64,000 bases of DNA, taken from Acidimicrobiales bacterium (lineage in GTDB: Bacteria > Actinomycetota > Acidimicrobiia > Acidimicrobiales > SZUA-35). Each line of letters begins with the position of its first letter. The first letter of the stretch is position 1. Below the pieces are notes generated by a model. That model worked only from the letters and a program-made list of their open reading frames with translations, did no database searches and was not told the DNA's origin. A program made the translations under genes and the position numbers. Where the stretch lies: the NCBI GenBank assembly GCA_050330635.1, contig JBHJNQ010000064.1, positions 6,311 through 70,310 of the forward strand, in the 5' to 3' direction. Below, one piece after another: positions 12,959 through 22,738 of this stretch.

Positions 12959-14506
12959 TCAGCCTCCGGCTCCGAGCGCTTGGAAGACCTCACCCACGGC
13001 CGACGCCGGCCCGTTGGTGACGTCGAACACGATGCTCGGCACGAAACCGAGCAGGACGATGAGGATGAGCAGCGGAACCCAGGCCACCCACTCGGTGAAG
13101 ACCGTGTCGTGGATGTGGGGATCGTCGGCGTACTCCTCCGACGGGGTGCCGAAGGCGGTCCGCTGGAGCAGCCACAGGAGGTAGCCGGCGGCCAGCACCG
13201 TTCCCAGGGCGGCCACGACCATGTACACCCGGAACAGGGCGTCCGACACGCCCGGCGCCGGATCGTAGGCGGCGAGGATCGCCGGGAACTCACCCCAGAA
13301 CCCGGCGAGGCCGGGCAGGCCGAGGGAGGCCATGGTGGTGAAGCCGAGGATCCACCCCAGGCGGGGAGCCTGGACCAGCAGGCCTCCCAGGCGCTTGATC
13401 TCGAGGGTGTGGTAGCGCTCCTTCACCGAGCCGGCGATGAAGAACAACATGCCGGTGATGAGGCCATGCGCCACCATGCCGAAGATGGCGGCGTTGATGC
13501 CGAAGTCGGTGAGGGTGGCGATGCCGAGCATCACATACCCCATGTGGGCCACCGAGGAGAAGGCGATGAGGCGCTTCATGTCGGTCTGGGCCAGGCACCC
13601 GAGGGCACCGTAGATGATGCCGATCACGGCCAGCAGGCCGATCCACGGGGCCCACCTCACCGCCGCTTCCGGGAGGATGGGCAGGGCGATACGGATGAAC
13701 CCGTAGGTCCCGAGCTTCAGCAGCACGGCGGCCAGGATGACCGAACCCTGGGTCGGGGCCTGGGTGTGGGCGTCGGGCAGCCAGGTGTGGAAGGGGAAGA
13801 TCGGGACCTTGATGCCGAAGCCCATGAACATGCCACCGAAGATCAACACCTGGGTACTGAGGGCGATGTCACGGGTCGCCACCTCCTCGGCCAGGGCGGT
13901 GAGGGAGAAGGTCTGGGACCCGGTCACCCAGTAGAGGGCCAAGAAGCTGACCAGCATGAGGGCCGACCCGAACAGGGTGTAGAGGAAGAACTTGATGGCG
14001 GCGTAGAGGCGCTGCTCGCCCCCCCAGACCCCGATCATGAAGTACATCGGCAGGAGCACGACTTCGAAGAACACGAAGAACAGCACCAGATCCTGGGCCA
14101 CGAAGGTGCCGAGCATGCCGGTGTGCAACACCAGGATCAGCATCAGGAAGGCCTTGGCGTTGCCCGGCTCGGGAATGTGGTTCCAGCTGTAGACGATGAC
14201 GAGGGGAACGACCAGCAGGGTCAACGCCACCAGTGGCAGCGACATCCCGTCGAGGGCGATCGAGTACCGGGCGTCGATGATGTCGATCCAGCTGCGGTCG
14301 ACGGCGAACTGGAGGATCCGCGAGTCGTCGTAGTCGAAGTTCCGCAGCAGCAGCACACCGACCACGGCGCTGGCCACGGTGGCCACCAGGGCGACGACCT
14401 TGTGGGTCTCTTCTTCCCGCTCCGGGATGATCATCATGATGGCCGCCCCCACGAGGGGGAGGAAGACCATCAGGGTGAGGCCCCAGTCGTTGAGAAAGTC
14501 GATCAT
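12959..14506 (-). CDS. nuoM: Complex I subunit M (11-subunit cluster)
   Basis: FFVFFEVVLLPMYF, AAIKFFLYT, HTWLPDAHTQAP, LLKLGTYG. Confidence 0.95.
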   Translation of the reverse strand: MIDFLNDWGLTLMVFLPLVGAAIMMIIPEREEETHKVVALVATVASAVVGVLLLRNFDYDDSRILQFAVDRSWIDIIDARYSIALDGMSLPLVALTLLVVPLVIVYSWNHIPEPGNAKAFLMLILVLHTGMLGTFVAQDLVLFFVFFEVVLLPMYFMIGVWGGEQRLYAAIKFFLYTLFGSALMLVSFLALYWVTGSQTFSLTALAEEVATRDIALSTQVLIFGGMFMGFGIKVPIFPFHTWLPDAHTQAPTQGSVILAAVLLKLGTYGFIRIALPILPEAAVRWAPWIGLLAVIGIIYGALGCLAQTDMKRLIAFSSVAHMGYVMLGIATLTDFGINAAIFGMVAHGLITGMLFFIAGSVKERYHTLEIKRLGGLLVQAPRLGWILGFTTMASLGLPGLAGFWGEFPAILAAYDPAPGVSDALFRVYMVVAALGTVLAAGYLLWLLQRTAFGTPSEEYADDPHIHDTVFTEWVAWVPLLILIVLLGFVPSIVFDVTNGPASAVGEVFQALGAGG

Positions 14507-14562
14507 GCTTCAGTGCTTTCCGGTGGTTTCTTCTGTGTCTACGAGGGGGGTCACGGCCAGGC

Positions 14563-16779
14563 TCAGATGGCGACGATGAACACGGCCGCCAGCAGGGCGG
14601 CGGCACCGAACATGAGCGTGGCGTACTGGCGGATCTGTCCGGTCTGGATGCGGCGGAGGAACTGGCCCGACCCGCTGGCGGAGCGGCCCGAGGCGTTGAC
14701 GGTGCCGTCGACGAGGCCCTGGTCGATGAACCGGTAGACGAAGCGACCCACGGTGACCGACAGGTTGCCGACCAGGTTGACGATCCCGTCGAGCACGTTC
14801 TGGTTGGTCCAGTAGGCGGCCCGAGCCAGCGGACCCTTGGTGCTGCCGGCGACGATTCCGGTGTAGAGGTGATCGAGGTAGTACTTGTTGTCGAGCACCC
14901 GGTACCCGGCGGCGGCGAGGGTGTTGCGAGACCGGAGTCCATCGGTGTACTCGGCCGCCTTCGGGTCCTTGGCGTAGAGGGCCTGGTAGTAGCGCCACAC
15001 CCCGAAGCCGGCCAGCAGGGCCAGGGAGGTGGCCACGATGGCGAGCGTGAGGCTCGGGTTGGCGTGGCCGATGGCGGGAAAGCTGGCGATCCCCGCCGGC
15101 TCCACCCAGTTCTCGAAGCGGTAGGCCAAGCCCTCGGGCAGGCCGATGGCCTTCACGAAGGCACCGGGCATGTTCAAGAACCCGACGACCGAGGCCATGA
15201 AGGCGAGGATCACCAGCGGGCCGGTGATGCGGGGCCCCGACTCGTGGGGGTGGGCGTGGCCCCGGTACTCGCCGAAGAAGGTCAGCCACACGGTGCGGGT
15301 CATGTAGGCCGCGGTCATGGCGGCGGTGATCATCCCGAAGATGAACGGGATGAGGTAGTCGCCGTTGCCGTCGGTGCCGGGCCACACCCCGGCACCGGCC
15401 AGGATCTCGTCCTTCGACCAGAAGCCGGCCAGCGGGGGGATGCCGGCCAGGGCCGCCGACCCGATGATGAACGTCCAGAACGTGATCGGCATGTGCTTGC
15501 GCAGGCCGCCCATGTCGGCCTTCATGTCGAAGCTGTGGTGGCAGGCGTGGCTGACCGAGCCGGCCCCGAGGAACAGACACGCCTTGAAGAAGGCGTGGGT
15601 GAAGAGGTGGAACATGCCGGCGGTGTAGGCCCCGACGCCGAGAGCCAGGACCATGTAACCGAGCTGGGACACCGTCGAGTAGGCCAGCACCTTCTTGATG
15701 TCACGCTGGACGAAGGCCAGGGCGCCGCCGCCGATCGTGGTCAGACCCCCGATGAAGGCCATCAGGTTGATGCTCGACCCCCCGATCGACAGACCCTCCC
15801 AGAACACGGGGTACAGGCGGCCGATCATGTAGACGCCGGCCACCACCATGGTGGCGGCGTGGATCAGGGCCGAGACCGGGGTGGGGCCGGCCATGGCGTC
15901 GGGCAACCAGGTGTGGAGGATGAACTGACCCGACTTCGACATCACCGCCGCCATCAGCGACACCGCGGCCACCGTCAACAACGTGGAGCTGATCTCGCCA
16001 CCGACGGCCATCGAGTTGATCTCGAGGATGTCGAAGGTCTGCCCGGCGCCGAAGTAGAGGAGGATCACGCCGACCAGCAGACCGACGTCGCCGACCCGGT
16101 TGGTCAGGAACGCCTTGAGGGCGGCATCGGAGTTGGGTTTGTCCTCCCACCAGTGGCCGATGAGGGCGAACGAGCAGACACCGACGAGCTCCCACCCAAC
16201 GATCAGTTGCAGGGTGCTGGTCGACAGCACCATGAACAGCATCGCCGCGGTGAACAGGGACAGGAAGGCGTAATAGTGGGTGTAGCGACGATCGCCCTTC
16301 ACGTAGTCGGACGAGTAGATGTGGACGAGGCTGGAGATGAAGGTGACGACGAACAGCAGCATCACCGACTGACCGTCGATGAGGGTGCCGATGCGGAACG
16401 AGTTGGAGCCGCTCTCGAACCAGCGGACGTCGGTCACGACCGGGGCACCCCGGGTGGCGCCGTTGTCGCCCTCCTCGGCGGTGGCCACGGTGAGGGAGGC
16501 GGGAGCGGCCGACTCGCCGTCGACGACGAGACCCTCCTCGGTGGCGTCGCTGATGGCCTCCTCCGCGCCCTGGATGTCGCCGATCCAGCTGAACGCGGTC
16601 AGCACGGCCAGGACGAAGGCGGCGAGGACGGCGGCGATACCGATCTCGGCTCCCTTGAACGGCAACCGCTTGCCGAACAGCAGGATCAGCATGAACGACG
16701 CCGCCGGCAGGGCAGGGATCAGCCACGCGTTCTCGTACAACCAGGGCACGGCGGTTTCAGCAGCTTCGGTGACAAACAC
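14563..16779 (-). CDS. nuoL: Complex I subunit L (11-subunit cluster)
   Basis: [41 protein letters not shown]. Exact start uncertain. Confidence 0.95.
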   Translation of the reverse strand: MFVTEAAETAVPWLYENAWLIPALPAASFMLILLFGKRLPFKGAEIGIAAVLAAFVLAVLTAFSWIGDIQGAEEAISDATEEGLVVDGESAAPASLTVATAEEGDNGATRGAPVVTDVRWFESGSNSFRIGTLIDGQSVMLLFVVTFISSLVHIYSSDYVKGDRRYTHYYAFLSLFTAAMLFMVLSTSTLQLIVGWELVGVCSFALIGHWWEDKPNSDAALKAFLTNRVGDVGLLVGVILLYFGAGQTFDILEINSMAVGGEISSTLLTVAAVSLMAAVMSKSGQFILHTWLPDAMAGPTPVSALIHAATMVVAGVYMIGRLYPVFWEGLSIGGSSINLMAFIGGLTTIGGGALAFVQRDIKKVLAYSTVSQLGYMVLALGVGAYTAGMFHLFTHAFFKACLFLGAGSVSHACHHSFDMKADMGGLRKHMPITFWTFIIGSAALAGIPPLAGFWSKDEILAGAGVWPGTDGNGDYLIPFIFGMITAAMTAAYMTRTVWLTFFGEYRGHAHPHESGPRITGPLVILAFMASVVGFLNMPGAFVKAIGLPEGLAYRFENWVEPAGIASFPAIGHANPSLTLAIVATSLALLAGFGVWRYYQALYAKDPKAAEYTDGLRSRNTLAAAGYRVLDNKYYLDHLYTGIVAGSTKGPLARAAYWTNQNVLDGIVNLVGNLSVTVGRFVYRFIDQGLVDGTVNASGRSASGSGQFLRRIQTGQIRQYATLMFGAAALLAAVFIVAI

Positions 16780-16792
16780 GGATGATCCTCAC

Positions 16793-17092
16793 TCAACCCT
16801 TGAGCAGGTTGGCTTCGGCGACGTCGATGCTGCGCCGGTTCCGGTAGATGAGCAGGACGATGGCGAGACCGACACCGACCTCGGCCGCCGCCACGGCGAT
16901 GACGAAGAGAGCGAAGACCTGCCCGGCGACGTCGCCGTTGAAGGCCCCGAAGGCCACCAGGTTGATGTTGACCGAGTTCAGGATGAGCTCGATCGACATC
17001 AGGACGAGGACGCCGTTCTTGCGGGACAGCACACCGTAGACCCCGATGCAGAACAGCACGGCAGCGAGGATCAGGAACTGGTTGAGAAGCAC
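16793..17092 (-). CDS. nuoK: Complex I subunit K (11-subunit cluster)
   Basis: LMSIELILN, VAAAEVGVGLA; 99 aa, 3 TM. Confidence 0.95.
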   Translation of the reverse strand: MLLNQFLILAAVLFCIGVYGVLSRKNGVLVLMSIELILNSVNINLVAFGAFNGDVAGQVFALFVIAVAAAEVGVGLAIVLLIYRNRRSIDVAEANLLKG

Positions 17093-17095
17093 GGG

Positions 17096-17653
17096 TCAAT
17101 CCCTCCGGGCGACGACGACGGCGCCGATGAGGGCGGCCAGCAGCAGGACGGACAGCGCCTCGAAGGGCACGATGTAAGTACTGAAGATCTGGTCGGCGAC
17201 CTCGGCCGTGCGCTGGGGGGCGAGGGTATCGGGCAGCTCGGTGTCGCCGTAGTACTCCCAGAGGGAGTAGCTCATCACGGCGAACATGCCGACGGCGACC
17301 AGGGCGCCGATCCAGCGCTGCTCGTGGTCGAGATCGGTCTCGGCCCCGATCTTGGCCCTGGTCAGCATGACGCCGAAGAGCAGCAGCACCATGATCGCCC
17401 CCAGGTACACGAGGACCTGGGTGGCGGCGATGAACTCGGCCCCCAGGATCACGTACACGCCGGCCACCGCCGACAGCACGACGAGGAGGTAGAGCGCGGC
17501 GTGGACGACGTTGTTGGTCGTCACCATCTTGAGCGCGGCGACGACGGCCACGATGGCGATGACGGCGAAGAACACGTTGACCACGCCGGTCTCGGTGCCC
17601 GTCATCGGCACCACCACCTCCTGGGCGAGCAGCCCGAGGGAAGCGAGGTTCAT
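17096..17653 (-). CDS. nuoJ: Complex I subunit J (11-subunit cluster)
   Basis: HAALYL, AEFIAATQVLVYLGAIMVL, PFEALSVLLL. ATG 17653 overlaps the nuoI stop. Confidence 0.93.
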   Translation of the reverse strand: MNLASLGLLAQEVVVPMTGTETGVVNVFFAVIAIVAVVAALKMVTTNNVVHAALYLLVVLSAVAGVYVILGAEFIAATQVLVYLGAIMVLLLFGVMLTRAKIGAETDLDHEQRWIGALVAVGMFAVMSYSLWEYYGDTELPDTLAPQRTAEVADQIFSTYIVPFEALSVLLLAALIGAVVVARRD

Positions 17654-18150
17654 CGCGGCACCTTCTTGGCCTTTACCTCGGCCCCCGCCTCGTAGCTCTC
17701 GAACTCCGGCACGGTGGTCATCCACTGCCCCAGGCGGGTCTTGTCGTGGAGGAGGTCGGCGATCCGTGGTTCGGAGTACTCGTACTCCGGGCTCCAGAAC
17801 AGGGCCTCGAACGGGCACACCTCCACACAGATCCCGCAATACATGCAGAGCCCGTAGTCGATGTCGAAGCGGTCGAGCTTGTTGACCTGGCGGGGCTTGC
17901 CTCCGGCCCGACGGGGCGGGGCGAGGTCCTTGTGGGCCTCGATGTAGATGCACCAGTCGGGACACTCCCGGGCGCACAGCATGCAGGAGGTGCAGTTCTC
18001 CTCGTGGAGGGCGATCACCCCCCGGGCCCGTGGAGTCGGGTCCTCCTTCTCGTGGGGGTACTGGACGGTCTCCGCCCCCTTCGTCACCGTTTTGACGATC
18101 TCGGAGAACGTGACGCCGAGACCTTTGACGACACCGGGTACGAGCGACAT
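17650..18150 (-). CDS. nuoI: Complex I subunit I (11-subunit cluster)
   Basis: TVQYP, CTSCMLCARECP and CMYCGICVEVCP. Confidence 0.95.
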   Translation of the reverse strand: MSLVPGVVKGLGVTFSEIVKTVTKGAETVQYPHEKEDPTPRARGVIALHEENCTSCMLCARECPDWCIYIEAHKDLAPPRRAGGKPRQVNKLDRFDIDYGLCMYCGICVEVCPFEALFWSPEYEYSEPRIADLLHDKTRLGQWMTTVPEFESYEAGAEVKAKKVPR

Positions 18151-19196
18151 CAGAACACCACCTTGAGCAGCCCGGTGGCCGCGATGTTGATCAGTGAGAT
18201 CGGGATCAGGTACTTCCAGGCGAACGCCTGCAGCTGATCCTCGCGGAACCGGGGATAGGTGAATCGGACCCAGTAGATGATGAAGGTGAGCACCAGCATC
18301 TTGACCACCATCACCAGCGGACCGACGACGTTCATCACGTCGGAGTACGGGTCGATCCCGAACAGGTCGGTGACGAACGGCGGCACCGACCAGCCGCCGA
18401 GGAAGAGCACCGCCGCCAGGAAGGCGAAGATGTTGGCCGAGGCGAACTCGCCGATGAAGAACATGAGGAACCGGAAGCCCGAATACTCCGTCATGTAGCC
18501 CGAGACGAGCTCGGACTCAGCGATCGGCATGTCGAACGGCACCTGGGTCAGCTCGGCCTGGACTGCGATCATGAAGATGAAGAAGCCGATGAACTGGGTC
18601 AGGATGAACGGGTTACCGAGGGCGCCCCAGCCGAAGATCTCACCGTCGATCTGAGCCGACACGATCCCCTGCAGGTTGAGGGTGCCGGCCTGGATGACCA
18701 CGCCGACCACGGCCAGGACGAGCGGCAGCTCGTAGGCGATGAGCTGACCGCCGGCCCGCAGGCCACCGAGCAGGGAGTATTTGGAGGCGCTGGCCCACCC
18801 CGCCATGAGGACGCCGATGACCGACACCGAGGTGACGGCCAGGGCGAAGAACACGCCGGTGTCGAAGTCGGCGAAGACGGCGTCGGGCCCGAACGGGATG
18901 AACAGCACGAGGAGGAAGGTGCTGATCAGCACGATGTAGGGCGCGGCGGCGAACACGAAGCGGTCGGCCCGGGCTGGGAAGATGTCTTCCTTCTGGGCGT
19001 TCTTGCCGAGCTCGGCCAGCAGCTGGAGGGAGCCGTAGGGCCCGGCCTCCATGGGGCCGAGCCGGCTCTGCATGAAGCTCACCATCTTGAACAGGTACAG
19101 GTAGACGGTGGTGCCGGCGGGGATCAGCACGGCGATGAAGGCCATCAGCAGCTTGAACACCGTCGTCTGCCAGAACGCGAACTCAGCGACGAGCAC
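18150..19196 (-). CDS. nuoH: Complex I subunit H (11-subunit cluster)
   Basis: MQSRLGP, KEDI, KYSLLGGLR, PFDMPIAESELVSGYMTEYSG, PRFREDQL. Confidence 0.95.
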   Translation of the reverse strand: MLVAEFAFWQTTVFKLLMAFIAVLIPAGTTVYLYLFKMVSFMQSRLGPMEAGPYGSLQLLAELGKNAQKEDIFPARADRFVFAAAPYIVLISTFLLVLFIPFGPDAVFADFDTGVFFALAVTSVSVIGVLMAGWASASKYSLLGGLRAGGQLIAYELPLVLAVVGVVIQAGTLNLQGIVSAQIDGEIFGWGALGNPFILTQFIGFFIFMIAVQAELTQVPFDMPIAESELVSGYMTEYSGFRFLMFFIGEFASANIFAFLAAVLFLGGWSVPPFVTDLFGIDPYSDVMNVVGPLVMVVKMLVLTFIIYWVRFTYPRFREDQLQAFAWKYLIPISLINIAATGLLKVVF

Positions 19197-19280
19197 GACG
19201 ACCTCCAGCCGCAGGTTCCGCCACCGGCAGAACTCCGTCAGTGACGAGCGAAGCGAGGAACGGCGCGAACTCAGCGACGA
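19176..19280. repeat. 17-bp direct repeat flanking a REP-like palindromic element
   Basis: CGCGAACTCAGCGACGA at 19176-19192 and 19264-19280; GAGCGAAGCGAG core between them. Confidence 0.6.
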
Positions 19281-19286
19281 AGAGAT

Positions 19287-20459
19287 TCACCGGTCGATGT
19301 CTCCCAGGATGAAGTAGAGCGAGGCCAGGATGGTGATCACGTCGGGGACGTAGGTGCCCTTCAGCAGCCACGGGCTGATCGACATGTTGGAGAAGCTGGC
19401 CGAGCGGATCTTCACCCGGAACGGCTCGAGCCCACCCTGGCTCACCACGTAGTAGCCCATGATGCCCAACGGGTTCTCGGTGGCCACGTAGGCTTCGCCC
19501 GCGGGCACCTTGATGATGCGGGGCACCTTGGCCATGATCGGACCGGCGGGGATGGCGTCGAGCAACTGGTCGAGGATGTGGCAGGCCTCCCGGACCTCCT
19601 GCAGACGAACCCAGTAGCGGGCGAACGAGTCGCCGTCGGGGTGGGTCCACACCTTCCAGTCGACCTTGTCGTAGGCCAGGCCGACCGGGTTGTCACGGCG
19701 GAGGTCCCAGTCGACACCGGAGGCTCGGATGTTGGCTCCCGACAGACCGTACGACAGTCCGATGTCGGCCGGGATGACCCCGATCCCCCGCGTCCGGGTC
19801 TGGAAGATCTCGTTGCCGACGATCAGGTCTTCCATCACCTGGCAGAAGTTGCGGATCTTGTCGAGGGAACGGCGGGTCTCGTCGATCCAGCCGGCGGGGA
19901 GGTCGTCCTTGATGCCGCCGATGCGATCGAAGTTGGGGTGGAACCGGCCGCCGGTGGCGGCCTCGATCTGGTTGAGGATGTGCTCCCGGTCGCGGAAGGC
20001 GTAGAACACGGGGGTCACGGCCCCCAGCTGGACGCCCATGTCGCCCAGGAACAGGGTGACGTTGGCGATGCGGGCCATCTCGAACAGGATCGTGCGGATC
20101 CACTGGGCCCGAGGTGGGGCCTCGACACCCATCAGCTGCTCGGCGGCGAGGATGAACGGCACCTCGTTGGCGAAGCTACCGAGCCAGTCGATCCGGTTGA
20201 TCAGGGTGGTGACCTGCGGATACGTGCGGACCTCGACCAGCTTCTCGTAACCCCGGTGCATGTAGCCCATGATCGGGTCGGCCTCGATCACCTGTTCGCC
20301 GTCGAGGCGGACCACGATACGGAGGGTGCCGTGGGTGGCCGGATGCTGGGGCCCGATGTTGAGGGTCATCCCCTCCGCCTCGAGCTCCACGTTGACCCGG
20401 GCGTCGGCCGCCTGGGAGGCGATGTAGGACAACTGCCGTCGATCGCTCACCGCGGTCAC
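19287..20459 (-). CDS. nuoD: Complex I subunit D (11-subunit cluster)
   Basis: NIGPQHPATHGTLR, GYMHRGYEK, RIDWLGSF, GDIDR C-terminus; no Ni-binding CxxC motifs. GTG 20459 overlaps the nuoC stop. Confidence 0.94.
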   Translation of the reverse strand: MTAVSDRRQLSYIASQAADARVNVELEAEGMTLNIGPQHPATHGTLRIVVRLDGEQVIEADPIMGYMHRGYEKLVEVRTYPQVTTLINRIDWLGSFANEVPFILAAEQLMGVEAPPRAQWIRTILFEMARIANVTLFLGDMGVQLGAVTPVFYAFRDREHILNQIEAATGGRFHPNFDRIGGIKDDLPAGWIDETRRSLDKIRNFCQVMEDLIVGNEIFQTRTRGIGVIPADIGLSYGLSGANIRASGVDWDLRRDNPVGLAYDKVDWKVWTHPDGDSFARYWVRLQEVREACHILDQLLDAIPAGPIMAKVPRIIKVPAGEAYVATENPLGIMGYYVVSQGGLEPFRVKIRSASFSNMSISPWLLKGTYVPDVITILASLYFILGDIDR

Positions 20460-21217
20460 GATGCGTCCTCCGGGTTCGTGGTGGCGGGGCCGGCGCCCTC
20501 GTCGGCGGTCGGGCCGTCGTCGGTGGTCGGCATGGGCTCGACGTCGACGATGCCCGGCCACGGCTTCACCAGCCGGGCCAGCAGGGGGAAGTCCTTGCGC
20601 AGGGGGTGGCCCTCGAAATCCGTCGGCAGGTACAGGTTGCGCAGGCCGGGATGGCCGATGAACCTGATGCCGAACATCTCCCACGCCTCGCGCTCGTGCC
20701 AGTCGGCCCCGGGGTAGGTGTCGGTCCAGGTGGCGATGGCGAGCTCGGCGTCGACATCGGCCTTGAGGGTCAGGCTGAGCTTCGTGGCCAGGTTGCCCAC
20801 CCGGGCGATGACCTGGAAGCGGGTCTCCCCCCCGGCGGCGCTGGCCGCCGCCGCCGCTTCGGCCGTCGGGGCGCCCTCGACATCCTCGTCACCGGCGCTC
20901 GGCGGCTCGAGCGCCTTGTCGACCTCGGCGTCGAGGCTGCGGCCGTACGGCGACGGCAGCCAGTCGATGGCCGAGAGCCAGTCGAAGAACCGGAACCGCT
21001 GCCGGTTGCGCAGATAGTCGGCGGTGTCGGCCCAGGCGTCGTTGGCGACCCGGATCCAGAGATCCCGACCGGGCACCAGATGGGTGGCCACGACGGCGTC
21101 GCCGAGCTCACCGCTGACCGCCTCGAGGAGGGCGGTGCGGCCCTCGTCGACGATCTCGGTGTCGGCCGTGTCGGTATCGGTGGTCTCGCCGGTGTCAGCT
21201 GATGGCAAGGGGATCAC
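20456..21217 (-). CDS. nuoC: Complex I subunit C (11-subunit cluster)
   Basis: [36 protein letters not shown]. Confidence 0.93.
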   Translation of the reverse strand: MIPLPSADTGETTDTDTADTEIVDEGRTALLEAVSGELGDAVVATHLVPGRDLWIRVANDAWADTADYLRNRQRFRFFDWLSAIDWLPSPYGRSLDAEVDKALEPPSAGDEDVEGAPTAEAAAAASAAGGETRFQVIARVGNLATKLSLTLKADVDAELAIATWTDTYPGADWHEREAWEMFGIRFIGHPGLRNLYLPTDFEGHPLRKDFPLLARLVKPWPGIVDVEPMPTTDDGPTADEGAGPATTNPEDAS

Positions 21218-21695
21218 CCTTCCACTTCTCTGCCATGTCCTCGTTCTGGATCAGTTCCTGGAGCAGCACGATGCCCTCCAGTAGCGCCTCGGGTCGGGGG
21301 GGGCACCCGGGAACGTACACGTCGACGGGGATGATCTGGTCGACACCCTTGGTCACGGAGTAGCTGTCCCAGTAGGGGCCGCCGCAGTTGGCACACGATC
21401 CCATCGAGATCACGTACTTTGGCTCCGGCATCTGCTCGTAGAGCCGACGGACGGCCGGGGCCATCTTGTCGGTCACCGTGCCCGACACGACGACGAGGTC
21501 GGCCTGGCGGGGGCTGGCGGGCAGGGGGATCACCCCGAGGCGCATCACGTCGTAGCGGGGCGACCCGAAGGCCGCCCCCATCTCGATGGCACAGCACGCC
21601 AGGCCCCACTGGTACACCCACAGCGAGTACTTGCGACTCATGTTGAGCAGCGTGGTCAGCCCTTTTGGCAGCTTGCCCGATTCGACCAATCCCAT
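21195..21695 (-). CDS. nuoB: Complex I subunit B (11-subunit cluster)
   Basis: [32 protein letters not shown]. Confidence 0.95.
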   Translation of the reverse strand: MGLVESGKLPKGLTTLLNMSRKYSLWVYQWGLACCAIEMGAAFGSPRYDVMRLGVIPLPASPRQADLVVVSGTVTDKMAPAVRRLYEQMPEPKYVISMGSCANCGGPYWDSYSVTKGVDQIIPVDVYVPGCPPRPEALLEGIVLLQELIQNEDMAEKWKGDPLAIS

Positions 21696-21741
21696 GTGGT
21701 GTGTTCTCCCTCGACGTGTCCTCGACCGGTGAGCGTTGCAG

Positions 21742-22107
21742 TCACGCCCAGCGCAGCACGCCCTTTCGCCAGGCGTAGGCCAGACCGAGGGCGAGAATGA
21801 AAATGAAGATCACCATCTCGACCAGCCCGAAGTAGCCGTACGCCTCCAACCGGGTGGCCCACGGGAAGATGAAAACCGCTTCGACGTCGAACATGACGAA
21901 CAGCAGGGCGAAAATGTAGTAGCGGATCTGGCTCTGTGACCAACCGGAGCCGACCGGGTCGACGCCGCTCTCGTAGTTCTCGACCTTGCCGGCGGACGGA
22001 CGGTTGGGACGGAGCAGCGAGGCGATCCCGATGAAGCCGCCGACAACCCCGCAGCCCAGGAGGGCGAACAGGATGACGAGGAGATACTCGCGAAGGAAGT
22101 CCGACAC
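21742..22107 (-). CDS. nuoA: Complex I subunit A (11-subunit cluster)
   Basis: [32 protein letters not shown]. Start placed at GTG 22107. Confidence 0.93.
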   Translation of the reverse strand: MSDFLREYLLVILFALLGCGVVGGFIGIASLLRPNRPSAGKVENYESGVDPVGSGWSQSQIRYYIFALLFVMFDVEAVFIFPWATRLEAYGYFGLVEMVIFIFILALGLAYAWRKGVLRWA

Positions 22108-22273
22108 GACTGGCGAGCCTACCTGTGACAAGGGCGCCGATCCAAGATCATCACGTGTGACTTTCTGGTGGAGATTGCCCGGTCGCCCCTCGCCCGGCGT
22201 CGGCCCGGCCCGATGGCGGACGACGTAGCGGACGGCCTGGCGAGCGAGGGTACGACCCTCTAGGTTGCCGGGG

Positions 22274-22738
22274 GTGAGCGACCACGCCGAAGCCCACGGA
22301 CCGTCGCCCGGATCGGTCGCCTGGGCCGACCCGGCCACTCTCGGTGATGAACCGCCGGTGGAGCGCGTGCTCGCCGTCTACGGGACCCTGCGCCCGGGGG
22401 ACACCAACTTCGACGTGGTGGGCGGGATCGCCGGCGAGTGGTTCACCGGAGTGATCCGAGGTCGACGGTTCATCAATCCCGCCGGCCGGTACCGGGGCTA
22501 CCCCGCGTTCGTGGCCGCCGACGCCACGGGGTCACCCGGCGGTGGAACCGGGCCGGCCCCCGTCCCGGTCGCCGTGCTCGTCTCGGTCGAGCTGCCCCGT
22601 CACTGGGCTCGCCTCGACGACTTCGAGGGACCAGGCTACCGGCGGGTGCCGATCGGCGTCGTGCTCGACCCTCGCGCCGGTGGCGAGCCCGTCGCCTGCC
22701 GAGCCTACGTCTACGAGACCCTGCCCCATCCGGCCTGA
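22274..22738 (+). CDS. Gamma-glutamylcyclotransferase (AIG2-like) family protein
   Basis: AVYGTLRPG, GYP, LDDFEGPGYRR and AYVY motifs. TAGGTT lies 7 nt before GTG 22274. Confidence 0.85.
   Translation: MSDHAEAHGPSPGSVAWADPATLGDEPPVERVLAVYGTLRPGDTNFDVVGGIAGEWFTGVIRGRRFINPAGRYRGYPAFVAADATGSPGGGTGPAPVPVAVLVSVELPRHWARLDDFEGPGYRRVPIGVVLDPRAGGEPVACRAYVYETLPHPA

Noticed and set aside
19287-21695. Reading the 11-subunit cluster as a group 4 [NiFe]-hydrogenase
   Set aside because: The large subunit lacks both CxxC Ni-binding motifs, NuoB has the tandem CC of complex I, nuoA/J/K are present, and no maturation genes are nearby.
22124-22161. TGTGA/TCAC elements upstream of the first nuoA
   Set aside because: Spacing and orientation fit neither CRP (N6) nor Rex; cannot be assigned.
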